DNA from: an uncultured Bacilli bacterium
GTDB taxonomy: Bacteria; Bacillota_I; Bacilli_A; RF39; UBA660
Reading direction: 5' to 3'
Length of the DNA: 52,219 nt
Assembly (NCBI GenBank): GCA_944332535.1
Contig: CALVKE010000025.1
Location: forward strand, 1-52,219
The stretch's first letter is position 1. Every line of letters begins with the position of its first letter. Below are positions 9,388 to 18,654 of this stretch, one piece after another. The notes under the pieces were generated by a model, which had not been told where the DNA came from, ran no database searches, and saw nothing but the letters and a program-made list of their open reading frames with translations. Position numbers and translations under genes: made by a program.

Positions 9388-10017
9388 TTATTCTAGTTCG
9401 CCTAATTTTTTATCAAAATAATTTTCTGGATCTTTGATCTGTCCTTTAACCATTAATTCAAAGTGGAGATGGTTATTCAAGGTTGGGTTTAGAGCAGATG
9501 TTCCACTTTTTCCGATAATTTGTCCTTGACTAACTTGTTCACCTTTTTCTACGTTTACTTCACTTAAACTTTGATAAACACTGATAATATCATTATCATG
9601 TCGAATTGTCACAACATTTCCTAAAAGTTCTTCTTTCTTTACTTCGATTACTTCTCCATCTAGGATTGTTTGGACATCAAAAGTTTCCTCCGCAACATAG
9701 TCTACGCCAGAGTTTTGCATGTAAGTGTTTTCATAGTATATGATAGAGTTTGCTTGATTGGTTGCATCGTCTTCATAACTATAAAAATCTTTTCCGATCG
9801 TTACTTTATCAGAAGAATAAGGACGCATAATGATCGTATCTAGATTTACTACTGGAACATAACTATCTAAGATACTTCCAGATACGTATACCGTATCATC
9901 TTCTTTCGTTCCAACTAACGTCTTTCTTGCTAAAAATACCGTTATTAATAGTATTCCTACAAAAAGAGTATAAACTGCTGGCAGAACAAATGGTTTTAAC
10001 TTTAATCTCCTTTTCAT
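9388..10017 (-). CDS. M23/LytM-domain membrane protein, SpoIIQ-like by context
   Basis: 209-aa ORF with an N-terminal TM and a C-terminal LytM fold (GQIIGKSG, HLHFEL); directly upstream of spoIIID, as spoIIQ is in clostridial genomes. Confidence 0.65.
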   Translation of the reverse strand: MKRRLKLKPFVLPAVYTLFVGILLITVFLARKTLVGTKEDDTVYVSGSILDSYVPVVNLDTIIMRPYSSDKVTIGKDFYSYEDDATNQANSIIYYENTYMQNSGVDYVAEETFDVQTILDGEVIEVKKEELLGNVVTIRHDNDIISVYQSLSEVNVEKGEQVSQGQIIGKSGTSALNPTLNNHLHFELMVKGQIKDPENYFDKKLGELE

Positions 10018-10065
10018 TTTCTCACCTCATTTAAAGTTTTTACCGAAAGGAGATTTTTATACATG

Positions 10066-10263
10066 TTAAATGAATTTTGAAGCAAGAAAAAAATCGTATA
10101 CAAATTGCGTTGTTAAATAAATTAAACAAAGGGCAATTAATAGATAAAAAATACGTGCTTGTAATACTTTATTCTTTTTAAATATCGCATTAATTTGAAG
10201 AGAATCTAAAGAATAAATAACAATTGGTGTCATGACTAAATAAAGAAAAAATTTAGCACTCAT
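10066..10263 (-). CDS. Small two-TM membrane protein (DUF1146/YwzB-like)
   Basis: 65-aa hydrophobic ORF overlapping the rpiB stop; family assignment is from memory only. Confidence 0.45.
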   Translation of the reverse strand: MSAKFFLYLVMTPIVIYSLDSLQINAIFKKNKVLQARIFYLLIALCLIYLTTQFVYDFFLASKFI

Positions 10264-10750
10264 CTTCTTTTTCCTCTACTGTTTCTTGTTTTTCTTTACG
10301 ACTTTTTCTTTTTGGTTTTTCGTATTCGGTAATTTGTTCAATTCGCGCTTTATGTCTACTTACTTCTGAAAATGAGGTATTTAAAAATACATCTACGATG
10401 TCTAGTACTTTAAAAAATGGCATACTAGAAGAGAGAGCTAATATATTGGCATCATTATGAAGTCTTGCTAACTCTGCTTCCTTGACATTTGCTGCTTTTG
10501 CACAGCGAATTCCTTTTACTTTGTTGCAGGCAATGGATATTCCAATTCCCGTTCCACAAAGGGCAATTCCTAAGTCAGCTTCGTGGCGAGCAATCATTTC
10601 TCCTAGTTCAAAACCATAAATAGGGTAATCTGCTGATGTCGTAGAATTACATCCTAAATCGATGACTTCATGTCCTTTTTTCGTTAAATATTTTATTAAT
10701 TTTATTTTAAATTGATATCCTCTATGATCATTTGCAATAGCTATTTTCAT
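10253..10750 (-). CDS. rpiB: Ribose-5-phosphate isomerase B (RpiB/LacAB family)
   Basis: 165-aa ORF starting MKIAIANDHRGY, with GIALCGTGIGISIACNK; has a short K/E-rich C-terminal tail. Confidence 0.9.
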   Translation of the reverse strand: MKIAIANDHRGYQFKIKLIKYLTKKGHEVIDLGCNSTTSADYPIYGFELGEMIARHEADLGIALCGTGIGISIACNKVKGIRCAKAANVKEAELARLHNDANILALSSSMPFFKVLDIVDVFLNTSFSEVSRHKARIEQITEYEKPKRKSRKEKQETVEEKEDEC

Positions 10751-10838
10751 ATCTATGTCTCCTTTTCTACACTAATATTATAGCATGCAATTATGAGAAA
10801 ACCATGAAAAAAATAAAAAAAAAATAATGCTATTAGCA

Positions 10839-11042
10839 TTATTCTCCAAAACCATATTTTTTATTAAATTTATCAACTCTACCTGCTTTAGATGCTCTTG
10901 TTTGTTTTCCAGTATAGAATGGATGACATTTTGAGCAAACTTCTACGTGGATTTCGCTTTTTGTAGATTTTGCTTTAAAAGTTTCTCCACAAGCACAAGT
11001 AATTGTTGCTTCTTTCATCTCTGGATGAATTCCTTTTTTCAT
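10839..11042 (-). CDS. rpmE: 50S ribosomal protein L31 (zinc-binding type)
   Basis: MKKGIHPE... start at 11042 behind a GGAAGGAGAAG RBS (the ORF-track start at 11129 is too long); CxC...CxxC zinc ligands present. Confidence 0.93.
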   Translation of the reverse strand: MKKGIHPEMKEATITCACGETFKAKSTKSEIHVEVCSKCHPFYTGKQTRASKAGRVDKFNKKYGFGE

Positions 11043-11147
11043 ATTCTCTTCTCCTTCCGCCATAGTAAATTTTTTACCATAGTAATTCCTAAGCGATGTT
11101 ATTATATCAATTTTTTCTTTTAGGTGCAAGCATTTTTTTAAATTTTT

Positions 11148-11405
11148 TTACTTTCTAGATTCATGATAATAGGCGTATTCTTCTAATTCTTGAGAAAGTT
11201 TTTCTAAAGAATCATTCTTCTCTTCTAATAAAATTTCCTCCAGATAAAACAATAAAGAGTGCATATTGGAAAATTGTTGCCATGCAATATCGTTTTCTTC
11301 TAGTACTCGAATCTGATGTTGATTTAGTAGTAAACCATTTTTTTGACGGACTAAAAAGTCGGGATGGTTTAACGCTTCTTCTATTTCTTCGATTCTTCTA
11401 TCCAT
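11148..11405 (-). CDS. Hypothetical acidic protein (85 aa)
   Basis: ORF only; overlaps the stop of the upstream PLP-enzyme gene by 8 nt, which suggests translational coupling. No family recognised. Confidence 0.4.
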   Translation of the reverse strand: MDRRIEEIEEALNHPDFLVRQKNGLLLNQHQIRVLEENDIAWQQFSNMHSLLFYLEEILLEEKNDSLEKLSQELEEYAYYHESRK

Positions 11406-12654
11406 GGTCCTCTATTATATTATCGATTGCTTTCATGACACCAAGTTTTCCATAATCATAGGTAAGTCCACCTTGCTGATATGCAATATAAGGAGGACGA
11501 ATTGGTCCATCACAAGACAGTTCGATCGAAGAACCTTGAGTGAACGTTCCGGCGGCCATGATTACTTGATCGGTATATCCTGGCATATCCCATGCTTCTG
11601 GAATAGCATTCGAATCAATGGGAGACGCACTCTGTATTCCTTGACAATACTTAATTAGCTTTTCTTTGTCGTTAAATACAATATTTTGTACTATATCCAC
11701 TCTTTTTGCATCGAATTTTGGTTCTGCTTCAAATCCCAATTTTTCTAACATACGACTCGTTAAAACCGCCGTCTTTAAACTACTGGCAACCACACTTGGT
11801 GCAAAAAACAATCCTTGTAATAGACGTTTGTTCATTCCTAAGGAAGGACCCACTTCTCGCCCTTCTCCTGGACAAGTAAGTCTCTCGCCTACTAATTCAA
11901 CACACTTCTTTTTTCCCGCAACATAGGCCCCATTAGGAGCAATTCCTCCACCTAAATTTTTAATAAGAGAACCAACCATTAGGTCTGCTCCGACTTCCGT
12001 TGGGGTTTTCGTCTCTACAAATTCACAATAACAGTTATCGACCATCACAATCGTCTCTGGTGATACTTTTTTGATTAATGCAATTACCTTTTCTAATTGT
12101 TCAATAGAAAGACTCTTTCTGGTAGAGTATCCTTTAGAACGCTGAATTTCTATTAATTTATAGAATTTTTGAGAGATTACTTTTTCTATTTTCGAATAGT
12201 CAAAATCATTATCCACTAGATCAATTTGTTCATATTCTATTCCAAAAGACTTTAACGAACTAGGATTTTCTACAATTCCAATTACTTCGTCTAAGGTATC
12301 GTATGGTTTTCCACTAATACTTAACATAGTATCACCTGGTCGAAGACAGGCAAATAAAGTAACCGTTAAGGCGTGGGTTCCAGAAATAAATTGACCACGA
12401 ACAATAGCATCTTCACTTCCTAAAACATCCGCAAATACTTTTTCGATGGTATCTCTTCCTAAATCATTATATCCGTATCCGGTCGTTTCATTAAAATGAG
12501 CCTCGGAAATATGATGTTTATGGAAACTAGCTAATACTTTTAAACTATTTTGCTCTTGTAATTGATCAATTTCTCTCCATTGTAATTGAATCTCTTGTTC
12601 TGCTTCCTTCATCAATTGAATCGTTTTTTCGTGTATTCCAATTTCTTCGTACAT
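11398..12654 (-). CDS. PLP-dependent Cys/Met-metabolism family protein (YnbB, 'aluminium resistance' type)
   Basis: About 418 aa starting MYEEIGIHEK behind an AGGAGG RBS (the ORF-track start at 12687 is probably too long); resembles the YnbB cystathionine beta-lyase-like family. Confidence 0.75.
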   Translation of the reverse strand: MYEEIGIHEKTIQLMKEAEQEIQLQWREIDQLQEQNSLKVLASFHKHHISEAHFNETTGYGYNDLGRDTIEKVFADVLGSEDAIVRGQFISGTHALTVTLFACLRPGDTMLSISGKPYDTLDEVIGIVENPSSLKSFGIEYEQIDLVDNDFDYSKIEKVISQKFYKLIEIQRSKGYSTRKSLSIEQLEKVIALIKKVSPETIVMVDNCYCEFVETKTPTEVGADLMVGSLIKNLGGGIAPNGAYVAGKKKCVELVGERLTCPGEGREVGPSLGMNKRLLQGLFFAPSVVASSLKTAVLTSRMLEKLGFEAEPKFDAKRVDIVQNIVFNDKEKLIKYCQGIQSASPIDSNAIPEAWDMPGYTDQVIMAAGTFTQGSSIELSCDGPIRPPYIAYQQGGLTYDYGKLGVMKAIDNIIEDHG

Positions 12655-13109
12655 GCTTCTCCTCCTACTTCTTTTTCTTTCGAGCAAAGAATTCTCTCTT
12701 CCATTTCTTCCTCGATTAACTCTAACGTTTGTTTACTGTTGTTTCCCATTAAAGATCTTATTTCCATAGAAGAATCCTCTTTCTCCTCTAATAGAAACGC
12801 ACCCACTTTTATTCTTTGCCACTCTTTTTTCTTTTTTTGAAAAAGCGACATTTGTCTGGAATCAACATTCAACGGAATATAAAATATGGTGGGATTAGAC
12901 ACTTCATAGACCATACATCCTTGCATGGCAAGAGCAATACACCAATGATAACAAAAATCATCCTTTGGAAAAACTTCTATTTGCTGTTCCTCGCAAATTT
13001 TTTGGATACATTTCAAATGATCTGTTTGATCCTCTTTTCTAGAAAACTTTTTCTCGTAAATACCGCGATTGGTTTCTATTGGAGGAACTAGAATAATTCC
13101 TTCTTTCAT
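12612..13109 (-). CDS. Hypothetical protein (165 aa)
   Basis: ORF only; 4-nt overlap with the upstream SDR gene. No family recognised. Confidence 0.4.
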   Translation of the reverse strand: MKEGIILVPPIETNRGIYEKKFSRKEDQTDHLKCIQKICEEQQIEVFPKDDFCYHWCIALAMQGCMVYEVSNPTIFYIPLNVDSRQMSLFQKKKKEWQRIKVGAFLLEEKEDSSMEIRSLMGNNSKQTLELIEEEMEERILCSKEKEVGGEACTKKLEYTKKRFN

Positions 13110-13849
13110 CTTCTTCCACCGTCCACTCTGATTACCGTTCCATTAATGTAGCTGGCATCTTCACAAGCTAGAAAAGCCACAACTTTTGCAATTTCTTCGG
13201 CACTTGCGAAACGACCGAGCAATATTTTTTCTTCTTCTGCCCTTTTGTAACTTTCTTCTAATGTTTCGTTCATATCGGTTAAGACCCATCCTGGTGCAAC
13301 AGAATTTACACGGACAAACGGTGCCAATTCTTTGGCAAAGTTTTGCGTTAGGGAAATTACTCCGGCTTTGGAAGCATCATAATCCATTCCTTCGGGATAT
13401 CCTGTATCGATTCCATTGGTAGAAGAAATATTGATGATATTTCCTTGTTTTCTTTCCTTCATTCTTTCCCCAATATACTTGCAACAAAGAAAGGTTCCTA
13501 ATAGATTTACTTCTAATATTCGTTTAAAATCTTCTACTCTTTTCTCTTCTACTAGAGTATCGATCGCAATTGCGGCATTGTTGACAAGAAGATCAATTGG
13601 TCCTAATTCTTGTTCGGTTTTTTCTATTATTTGTTTTACCACATCTTCTTGCGATATATCTCCTGGAATTAGGATTGCTTGCATTGGAGTATGACTTTCA
13701 ATCCACGTTTTTACTTGGCTGGCGTCTTCTTCCCTTACTTGGTAATTGACGGCAACACAAAATCCATTTTTGGCTAACTCTTTGGCAATGGATGCCCCAA
13801 TTCCTCGAGATGCTCCAGTAACAAAAGCAACTTTTCTTTTCTCTTTCAT
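13106..13849 (-). CDS. Short-chain dehydrogenase/reductase (FabG-like 3-oxoacyl-ACP reductase family)
   Basis: 247-aa ORF with TGASRGIG cofactor motif, NNAA, and the catalytic S...YxxxK (YDASK). Confidence 0.88.
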   Translation of the reverse strand: MKEKRKVAFVTGASRGIGASIAKELAKNGFCVAVNYQVREEDASQVKTWIESHTPMQAILIPGDISQEDVVKQIIEKTEQELGPIDLLVNNAAIAIDTLVEEKRVEDFKRILEVNLLGTFLCCKYIGERMKERKQGNIINISSTNGIDTGYPEGMDYDASKAGVISLTQNFAKELAPFVRVNSVAPGWVLTDMNETLEESYKRAEEEKILLGRFASAEEIAKVVAFLACEDASYINGTVIRVDGGRR

Positions 13850-13850
13850 A

Positions 13851-14480
13851 CTACCGCTCCTGTTCTTGCGACTTTTTTAGTGTTTCATTTACTGCTAGCA
13901 TTTTCTGATCTAACATTTTTACATATTGGGAACACCAATAAATTTCTTTTTGGATTTCCTCAGGAATCACGCCAGGAAATTTATACCTCATTTTATGGTC
14001 GAGTGATGCCCAAAAGTCCATGGCAACAGTTCGAATTTGAATCTCTGCCTCCATATATTTTACACCACTTGCTAAATATATTGGAATCAGTACAATTAAA
14101 TGATAGCTAGAATATCCACTATCTTTGGGATTGGCGATGTAGTCCTTTTTATCAATAATACGGATTTCCCTCGAATTTTGAATCATGGTTACAATATCTG
14201 TTACGTCCGATAAAAAAGAACAAACAATACGTACTCCAATAATATCATGAATATTCTTTTCCATGCTCTCTTTGGTTACTTCAAACCCTTTTTTTATTAA
14301 TTTTTTCTCAATACTTTCTAATGTTTTTATTCTAGATTTCACGTGTTCTACTGGATTATATTTATGTTTTAAGGTAAATTCTTTAATTAAAATTTCTAAC
14401 TCTGTTTCTAACATTTTTAGACCAAAACGATATTCTTCTAGAACTTCTTGTACTTCCTTTTCAAATAGTTGAAAATTCAT
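13851..14480 (-). CDS. Small alarmone synthetase (RelQ/RelP-type GTP pyrophosphokinase)
   Basis: 209-aa RelA/SpoT-synthetase-only ORF (DIIGVRIVC, GYSSYHLIV, EIQIRTVAMDFWA). Confidence 0.88.
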   Translation of the reverse strand: MNFQLFEKEVQEVLEEYRFGLKMLETELEILIKEFTLKHKYNPVEHVKSRIKTLESIEKKLIKKGFEVTKESMEKNIHDIIGVRIVCSFLSDVTDIVTMIQNSREIRIIDKKDYIANPKDSGYSSYHLIVLIPIYLASGVKYMEAEIQIRTVAMDFWASLDHKMRYKFPGVIPEEIQKEIYWCSQYVKMLDQKMLAVNETLKKSQEQER

Positions 14481-14608
14481 TCTTCAGCCCTCTTTCAGAT
14501 TTAGACATTATACACTATATTCCTCTATTTGTCAATTGGAACCTTTTTCAAGAGCGAAGACGTAAAAAAAGAAAATTAAATTTTTAACAATTCAACTTTC
14601 TTTTCTAT

Positions 14609-15073
14609 TTACTTTTTGTCGGTAGAACCGAATCCTCCTGTTCTTGTTCCCTCGGCTATATCATTGTCTACTGTTAAATATTTTAAAAAGATTACTTGAC
14701 CAATCGCATCTCCTTTTTTTATTTCAATATCATGATCTAAAACATTATAATATTGAAAGAAGAAATGCCCATCATTGGATTCGTTTCCATAATAGTCTGC
14801 ATCGACAATTCCGACTCCGTTAGCCATTACTAATCCTTTTTTAGGACCAGAACTTCGATTGACTAACATATAAAATTCATCTTCCATACAGTAAGCTTTT
14901 AATCCAGTAGGTACCAACGTTGGTTTTTGTCCTGGTTGAAAACTTGGTATCACAATATCTTCTGCTGCTTCGATATCATATCCAGAGGAATATTTGGTCT
15001 TTCTAACCGGCAAATTTATATTTTTATCTTCATATCCCTTGGCAATTTCAAATCCCCGTTTTCTATTTGTCAT
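14609..15073 (-). CDS. dut: dUTP diphosphatase
   Basis: 154-aa ORF with trimeric dUTPase motifs (SSGYDI, GVGIVDADYYG, RTGGFGSTD). Confidence 0.88.
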   Translation of the reverse strand: MTNRKRGFEIAKGYEDKNINLPVRKTKYSSGYDIEAAEDIVIPSFQPGQKPTLVPTGLKAYCMEDEFYMLVNRSSGPKKGLVMANGVGIVDADYYGNESNDGHFFFQYYNVLDHDIEIKKGDAIGQVIFLKYLTVDNDIAEGTRTGGFGSTDKK

Positions 15074-15154
15074 TTACTCATCCTTCTTTCTACTTCTTTA
15101 CAAATTCATTGTATCATAGAAAAAAACTCTCCTGCAAGTGTTATTTATTCTAAG

Positions 15155-15814
15155 TTATAATCCCATATAAATAGAGCTATTTTTATCATAACATAAAGTA
15201 ATTTTCTTTCCCTTGATCTCAATAAATCCTTCTTCTTTTAAATTTTTTAACTCTCTTGACATGGCACTTCGATCTACTGCTAAATAATCTGCTAAATCCA
15301 TAAACGTAAACGGCAAATAAATATATTTAGAGCCCGTTTTCTTAAACATTATATTAAAATATTCTAATAATTTGTTACGAATACTTTTTTGTGTTAATAT
15401 TTCAATTCGTTCATTCTTCTCTTGAATTTTTTTAGTAACAAATTCAAACATGTTCTTAATAAATTGATGATAATATTCACAATTTCTAAAATTATTTTGA
15501 ATTAATAGATCATAGTCTATCATAATGATGTCCGTATCTTCCTTCGTAATAATTTCATAATCTTTACTTTTCAAGGAAGAGATAAATGTTCCAAAGATTT
15601 CTTCTTCTTCGACCTCTTCGATAATCGTACGACTTCCGTTATCATTACTTCTGGTAATTTGGATGTAACCTTTGGTAATAATTCCTATCATATTCACATT
15701 TTTAATAGTCGATAAAATATTAGAATTCTTTTTATAATGATAAACGTTGGCTTCCAACATCCGAAGTAATTTTTTCTGATTTTTCTCATTTATACCTTCA
15801 AATGCTTTTGTCAT
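15155..15814 (-). CDS. Crp/Fnr-family transcriptional regulator
   Basis: 219-aa ORF with an N-terminal cNMP-like beta-roll and a C-terminal HTH (MDLADYLAVDRSAMSRELKNL); only two Cys, so no obvious Fe-S ligand cluster. Confidence 0.82.
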   Translation of the reverse strand: MTKAFEGINEKNQKKLLRMLEANVYHYKKNSNILSTIKNVNMIGIITKGYIQITRSNDNGSRTIIEEVEEEEIFGTFISSLKSKDYEIITKEDTDIIMIDYDLLIQNNFRNCEYYHQFIKNMFEFVTKKIQEKNERIEILTQKSIRNKLLEYFNIMFKKTGSKYIYLPFTFMDLADYLAVDRSAMSRELKNLKEEGFIEIKGKKITLCYDKNSSIYMGL

Positions 15815-15863
15815 TTTCCTTCTCCTTTGTCTCTTTTAGTCCATTGTATCATTTTTTCTCATT

Positions 15864-15879
15864 TGTTGCAATTGCAACA
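15864..15879. promoter_or_regulatory. Perfect 16-bp palindrome TGTTGCAATTGCAACA upstream of an extended -10 (TGcTATATT, 15898-15906) for nrdDG
   Basis: Read directly; the palindrome centre at 15871.5 lies about 41 bp upstream of the predicted +1 (near 15913). Confidence 0.5.
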
Positions 15880-15940
15880 TTATTTTTTTAAAAAGTGTGC
15901 TATATTGGTATCATAATAAGTAGGAAAGGTAGGAAGTAAA

Positions 15941-18106
15941 ATGAAGGTAATCAAAAGAGACGGTCATATGGTAGATTACTGTCCAGAAAAGATTGAAAAC
16001 GCTATTATGAAAGCGAATTTAGAAGTAGAAGAAGAGGATCAAGCATCTCCTACGCAAATAAAAAATATTATTAAATATATAGAAAAACTTGGAAAAAAGA
16101 GAATTCTAGTAGAAGATATACAAGATATTATAGAAATGAAGTTAATGTCTATTGGTAAATATCAACTTGCGAAAAAATATATTACATATCGTTATACAAG
16201 AGAACTTGTTCGAAAGAGTAATACAACCGACCGAGCAATTAAAGAATTAATCGACGGGGAAAATGAATATTGGAATACCGAAAATTCTAATAAAGACGCG
16301 AAAGTGGTAACTACGCAAAGAGATTATTTAGCAGGGATCACTAGTACGGATATCACAAGAAGATTCTTATTACCAGAAGATATCGTACAAGCGCACGACG
16401 ATGGAATTATTCATTTTCATGATGCAGATTATTTTGCACAAAATGCTCTTCATAATTGTGATTTAATTGACTTGGAAGATATGCTTCAAAACGGAACGAA
16501 CATCAATGGTGTCATGATTGAAAAACCACATAAATTTTTAACAGCTATGACTATTGCTACACAATTAATTACAGCCGTAAATTCTAGTCAATATGGAGGA
16601 TGTACTATTACCCTTACTCATCTTGCTCCATTTGTTCGAGAAAGTTATAACCGTTATTTAGAAAAATACAAAAAAAGAAAATTCTCAAAAGCAGAATGTG
16701 AAAAATACGCAAAAGAAGACTTAGCAAAAGAAATTACAGACGGTGTGCAAACTTTCCAATATCAAATCAATTCTATGACTACTACTAACGGACAGGCACC
16801 TTTTTTAAGCGTTTGCATGTATTTAGGAGAAACAAAAGAATACAAAGAAGAACTTGCTATGATTATAGAAGAAGTATTGAAACAAAGAATTCAAGGAATG
16901 AAAAACGAGCAAGGTGTTTATATTACTCCTGCGTTTCCAAAACTTCTTTACGTGTTAGAGGAAGATAATATTCATGAGAATAGTAAATACTGGTATTTAA
17001 CAAAACTTGCTGCGGAATGTACTGCAAAAAGAATGGTTCCAGATTATATTTCTGAAAAAATTATGAAACAACTTAAAGTGGATAAAAATGGCGATGGGCA
17101 ATGTTATCCATGTATGGGATGCCGTTCTTTCTTAACTCCTTATGTAGATGAAAATGGAAAGCCAAAGTACTATGGACGTTTTAATCAAGGAGTTGTTACT
17201 ATCAATTTAGTAGATGTTGCCCTATCTTCTGAAAAAGACATGGATGCCTTCTGGAAAATTATGGACGAACGATTAGAATTGTGCCATAGAGCATTACAAA
17301 TTCGTCATAAGAGACTTAGTAGAGCAACAAGTGATGTAGCACCAATTTTATGGCAACACGGAGCACTTGCTAGACTTAAAAAGGGAGAAAGTATTCACGA
17401 TTTGTTGCATCATGGTTATTCTACTATTTCTTTAGGTTATGCTGGACTTTATGAATGTGTAAAATATATGACTGGAAATTCTCATACCGATAATGGAAAA
17501 GGAAAAGAATTCGGATTAGAAGTTATGAGAAAATTAAATGATGCTTGTAAAAAGTGGAAAGAAATGGAAGATATCGATTATAGTGTATATGGAACCCCTA
17601 TTGAATCTACTACTTATAAATTTGCTAAATGTTTAAGAGAACGTTTTGGAAAAATCAAAGGAATTACGGATCGAGACTATATTACAAATTCTTATCATGT
17701 TCCAGTATTTGAAGAGATCGATGCGTTTACAAAATTAAAATTAGAAAGTGAATTCCAACAATTAAGTCCAGGTGGAGCTATCTCTTATATCGAAACACCT
17801 AATTTATCAAATAATTTGGAAGCCGTTATTGAGGTGATTCGCTTTATTTACGATAATATTATGTATGCAGAGTTAAATACAAAGCTAGATTATTGTCAAG
17901 AATGTGGTTATACAGGAGAAATTCTTATCGATGATAATTTAGAGTGGTATTGTCCAAAGTGCGGAAATAGAGATCACGATAAATTAAATGTGGCAAGACG
18001 TACTTGTGGTTATATCGGATCTAATTTCTGGAATAAAGGAAGAACACAAGAAATTAAAGAAAGAGTAATCCATATTGATAATAAGGACGCTGAGGAAGCA
18101 GTATGA
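15941..18106 (+). CDS. nrdD: Anaerobic ribonucleoside-triphosphate reductase (class III)
   Basis: 721-aa ORF with an ATP-cone N-terminus, a C-terminal zinc ribbon (CQECGY..CPKCG) and the glycyl-radical motif RRTCGYIG. Confidence 0.96.
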   Translation: MKVIKRDGHMVDYCPEKIENAIMKANLEVEEEDQASPTQIKNIIKYIEKLGKKRILVEDIQDIIEMKLMSIGKYQLAKKYITYRYTRELVRKSNTTDRAIKELIDGENEYWNTENSNKDAKVVTTQRDYLAGITSTDITRRFLLPEDIVQAHDDGIIHFHDADYFAQNALHNCDLIDLEDMLQNGTNINGVMIEKPHKFLTAMTIATQLITAVNSSQYGGCTITLTHLAPFVRESYNRYLEKYKKRKFSKAECEKYAKEDLAKEITDGVQTFQYQINSMTTTNGQAPFLSVCMYLGETKEYKEELAMIIEEVLKQRIQGMKNEQGVYITPAFPKLLYVLEEDNIHENSKYWYLTKLAAECTAKRMVPDYISEKIMKQLKVDKNGDGQCYPCMGCRSFLTPYVDENGKPKYYGRFNQGVVTINLVDVALSSEKDMDAFWKIMDERLELCHRALQIRHKRLSRATSDVAPILWQHGALARLKKGESIHDLLHHGYSTISLGYAGLYECVKYMTGNSHTDNGKGKEFGLEVMRKLNDACKKWKEMEDIDYSVYGTPIESTTYKFAKCLRERFGKIKGITDRDYITNSYHVPVFEEIDAFTKLKLESEFQQLSPGGAISYIETPNLSNNLEAVIEVIRFIYDNIMYAELNTKLDYCQECGYTGEILIDDNLEWYCPKCGNRDHDKLNVARRTCGYIGSNFWNKGRTQEIKERVIHIDNKDAEEAV

Positions 18107-18612
18107 GATATCATAAAATAAGAAAAATGGATATTTCAAACGGTCCGGGGGTTCGGGTATCCATTTTTATGCAAGGATGTTCTTTTCATTGTAAGGGATG
18201 CTTTAACCCCGAAACTCACGATTTTAATGGCGGAAAAGAATTTGATGAGGACACTATTACCAAAGTATTAGAACTTTGTGATAAAGAATATATCGTAGGG
18301 CTTTCTATTTTAGGAGGAGAGCCAATGCATCCGAACAATATCGAAGCAACGACTCGTCTTGCGAAAGCTTTTAAAGAAAAATATCCAAACAAAACAATTT
18401 GGGTATGGAGTGGATTCTTATTCGATAGAGATTTAAAAGACAAAGAAGTATTAAACTATATCGATGTATTAGTAGATGGTCAATATGTAGAAGAACTATC
18501 TAGCCCCTTACTTAAGTGGAAAGGTTCTTCTAATCAAAGAGTTATCGACGTAAAAGAATCTTTAAAGAAAAAGAAAGTTGTTCTATTAGAAGAGGAAGTA
18601 GTTCCTGTTTAA
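18103..18612 (+). CDS. nrdG: Anaerobic RNR activating radical-SAM protein
   Basis: 169-aa ORF with a Cys motif (CSFHCKGCFN); overlaps the nrdD stop. Confidence 0.93.
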   Translation: MRYHKIRKMDISNGPGVRVSIFMQGCSFHCKGCFNPETHDFNGGKEFDEDTITKVLELCDKEYIVGLSILGGEPMHPNNIEATTRLAKAFKEKYPNKTIWVWSGFLFDRDLKDKEVLNYIDVLVDGQYVEELSSPLLKWKGSSNQRVIDVKESLKKKKVVLLEEEVVPV

Positions 18613-18614
18613 AG

Positions 18615-18650
18615 AAAAAACAGATCGTATTTTATGATCTGTTTTCTTTC
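18615..18650. terminator. Bidirectional terminator between nrdG and ychF
   Basis: Hairpin AAAACAGATC-N9-GATCTGTTTT flanked by an A run and a T run. Confidence 0.7.
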
Positions 18651-18654
18651 GGTT

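Noticed and set aside
10839-11129. Long N-terminal extension in the ORF-track model of rpmE
   Set aside because: The family-typical start has a canonical RBS at the internal start codon (11042), and the extension would run into upstream intergenic DNA.
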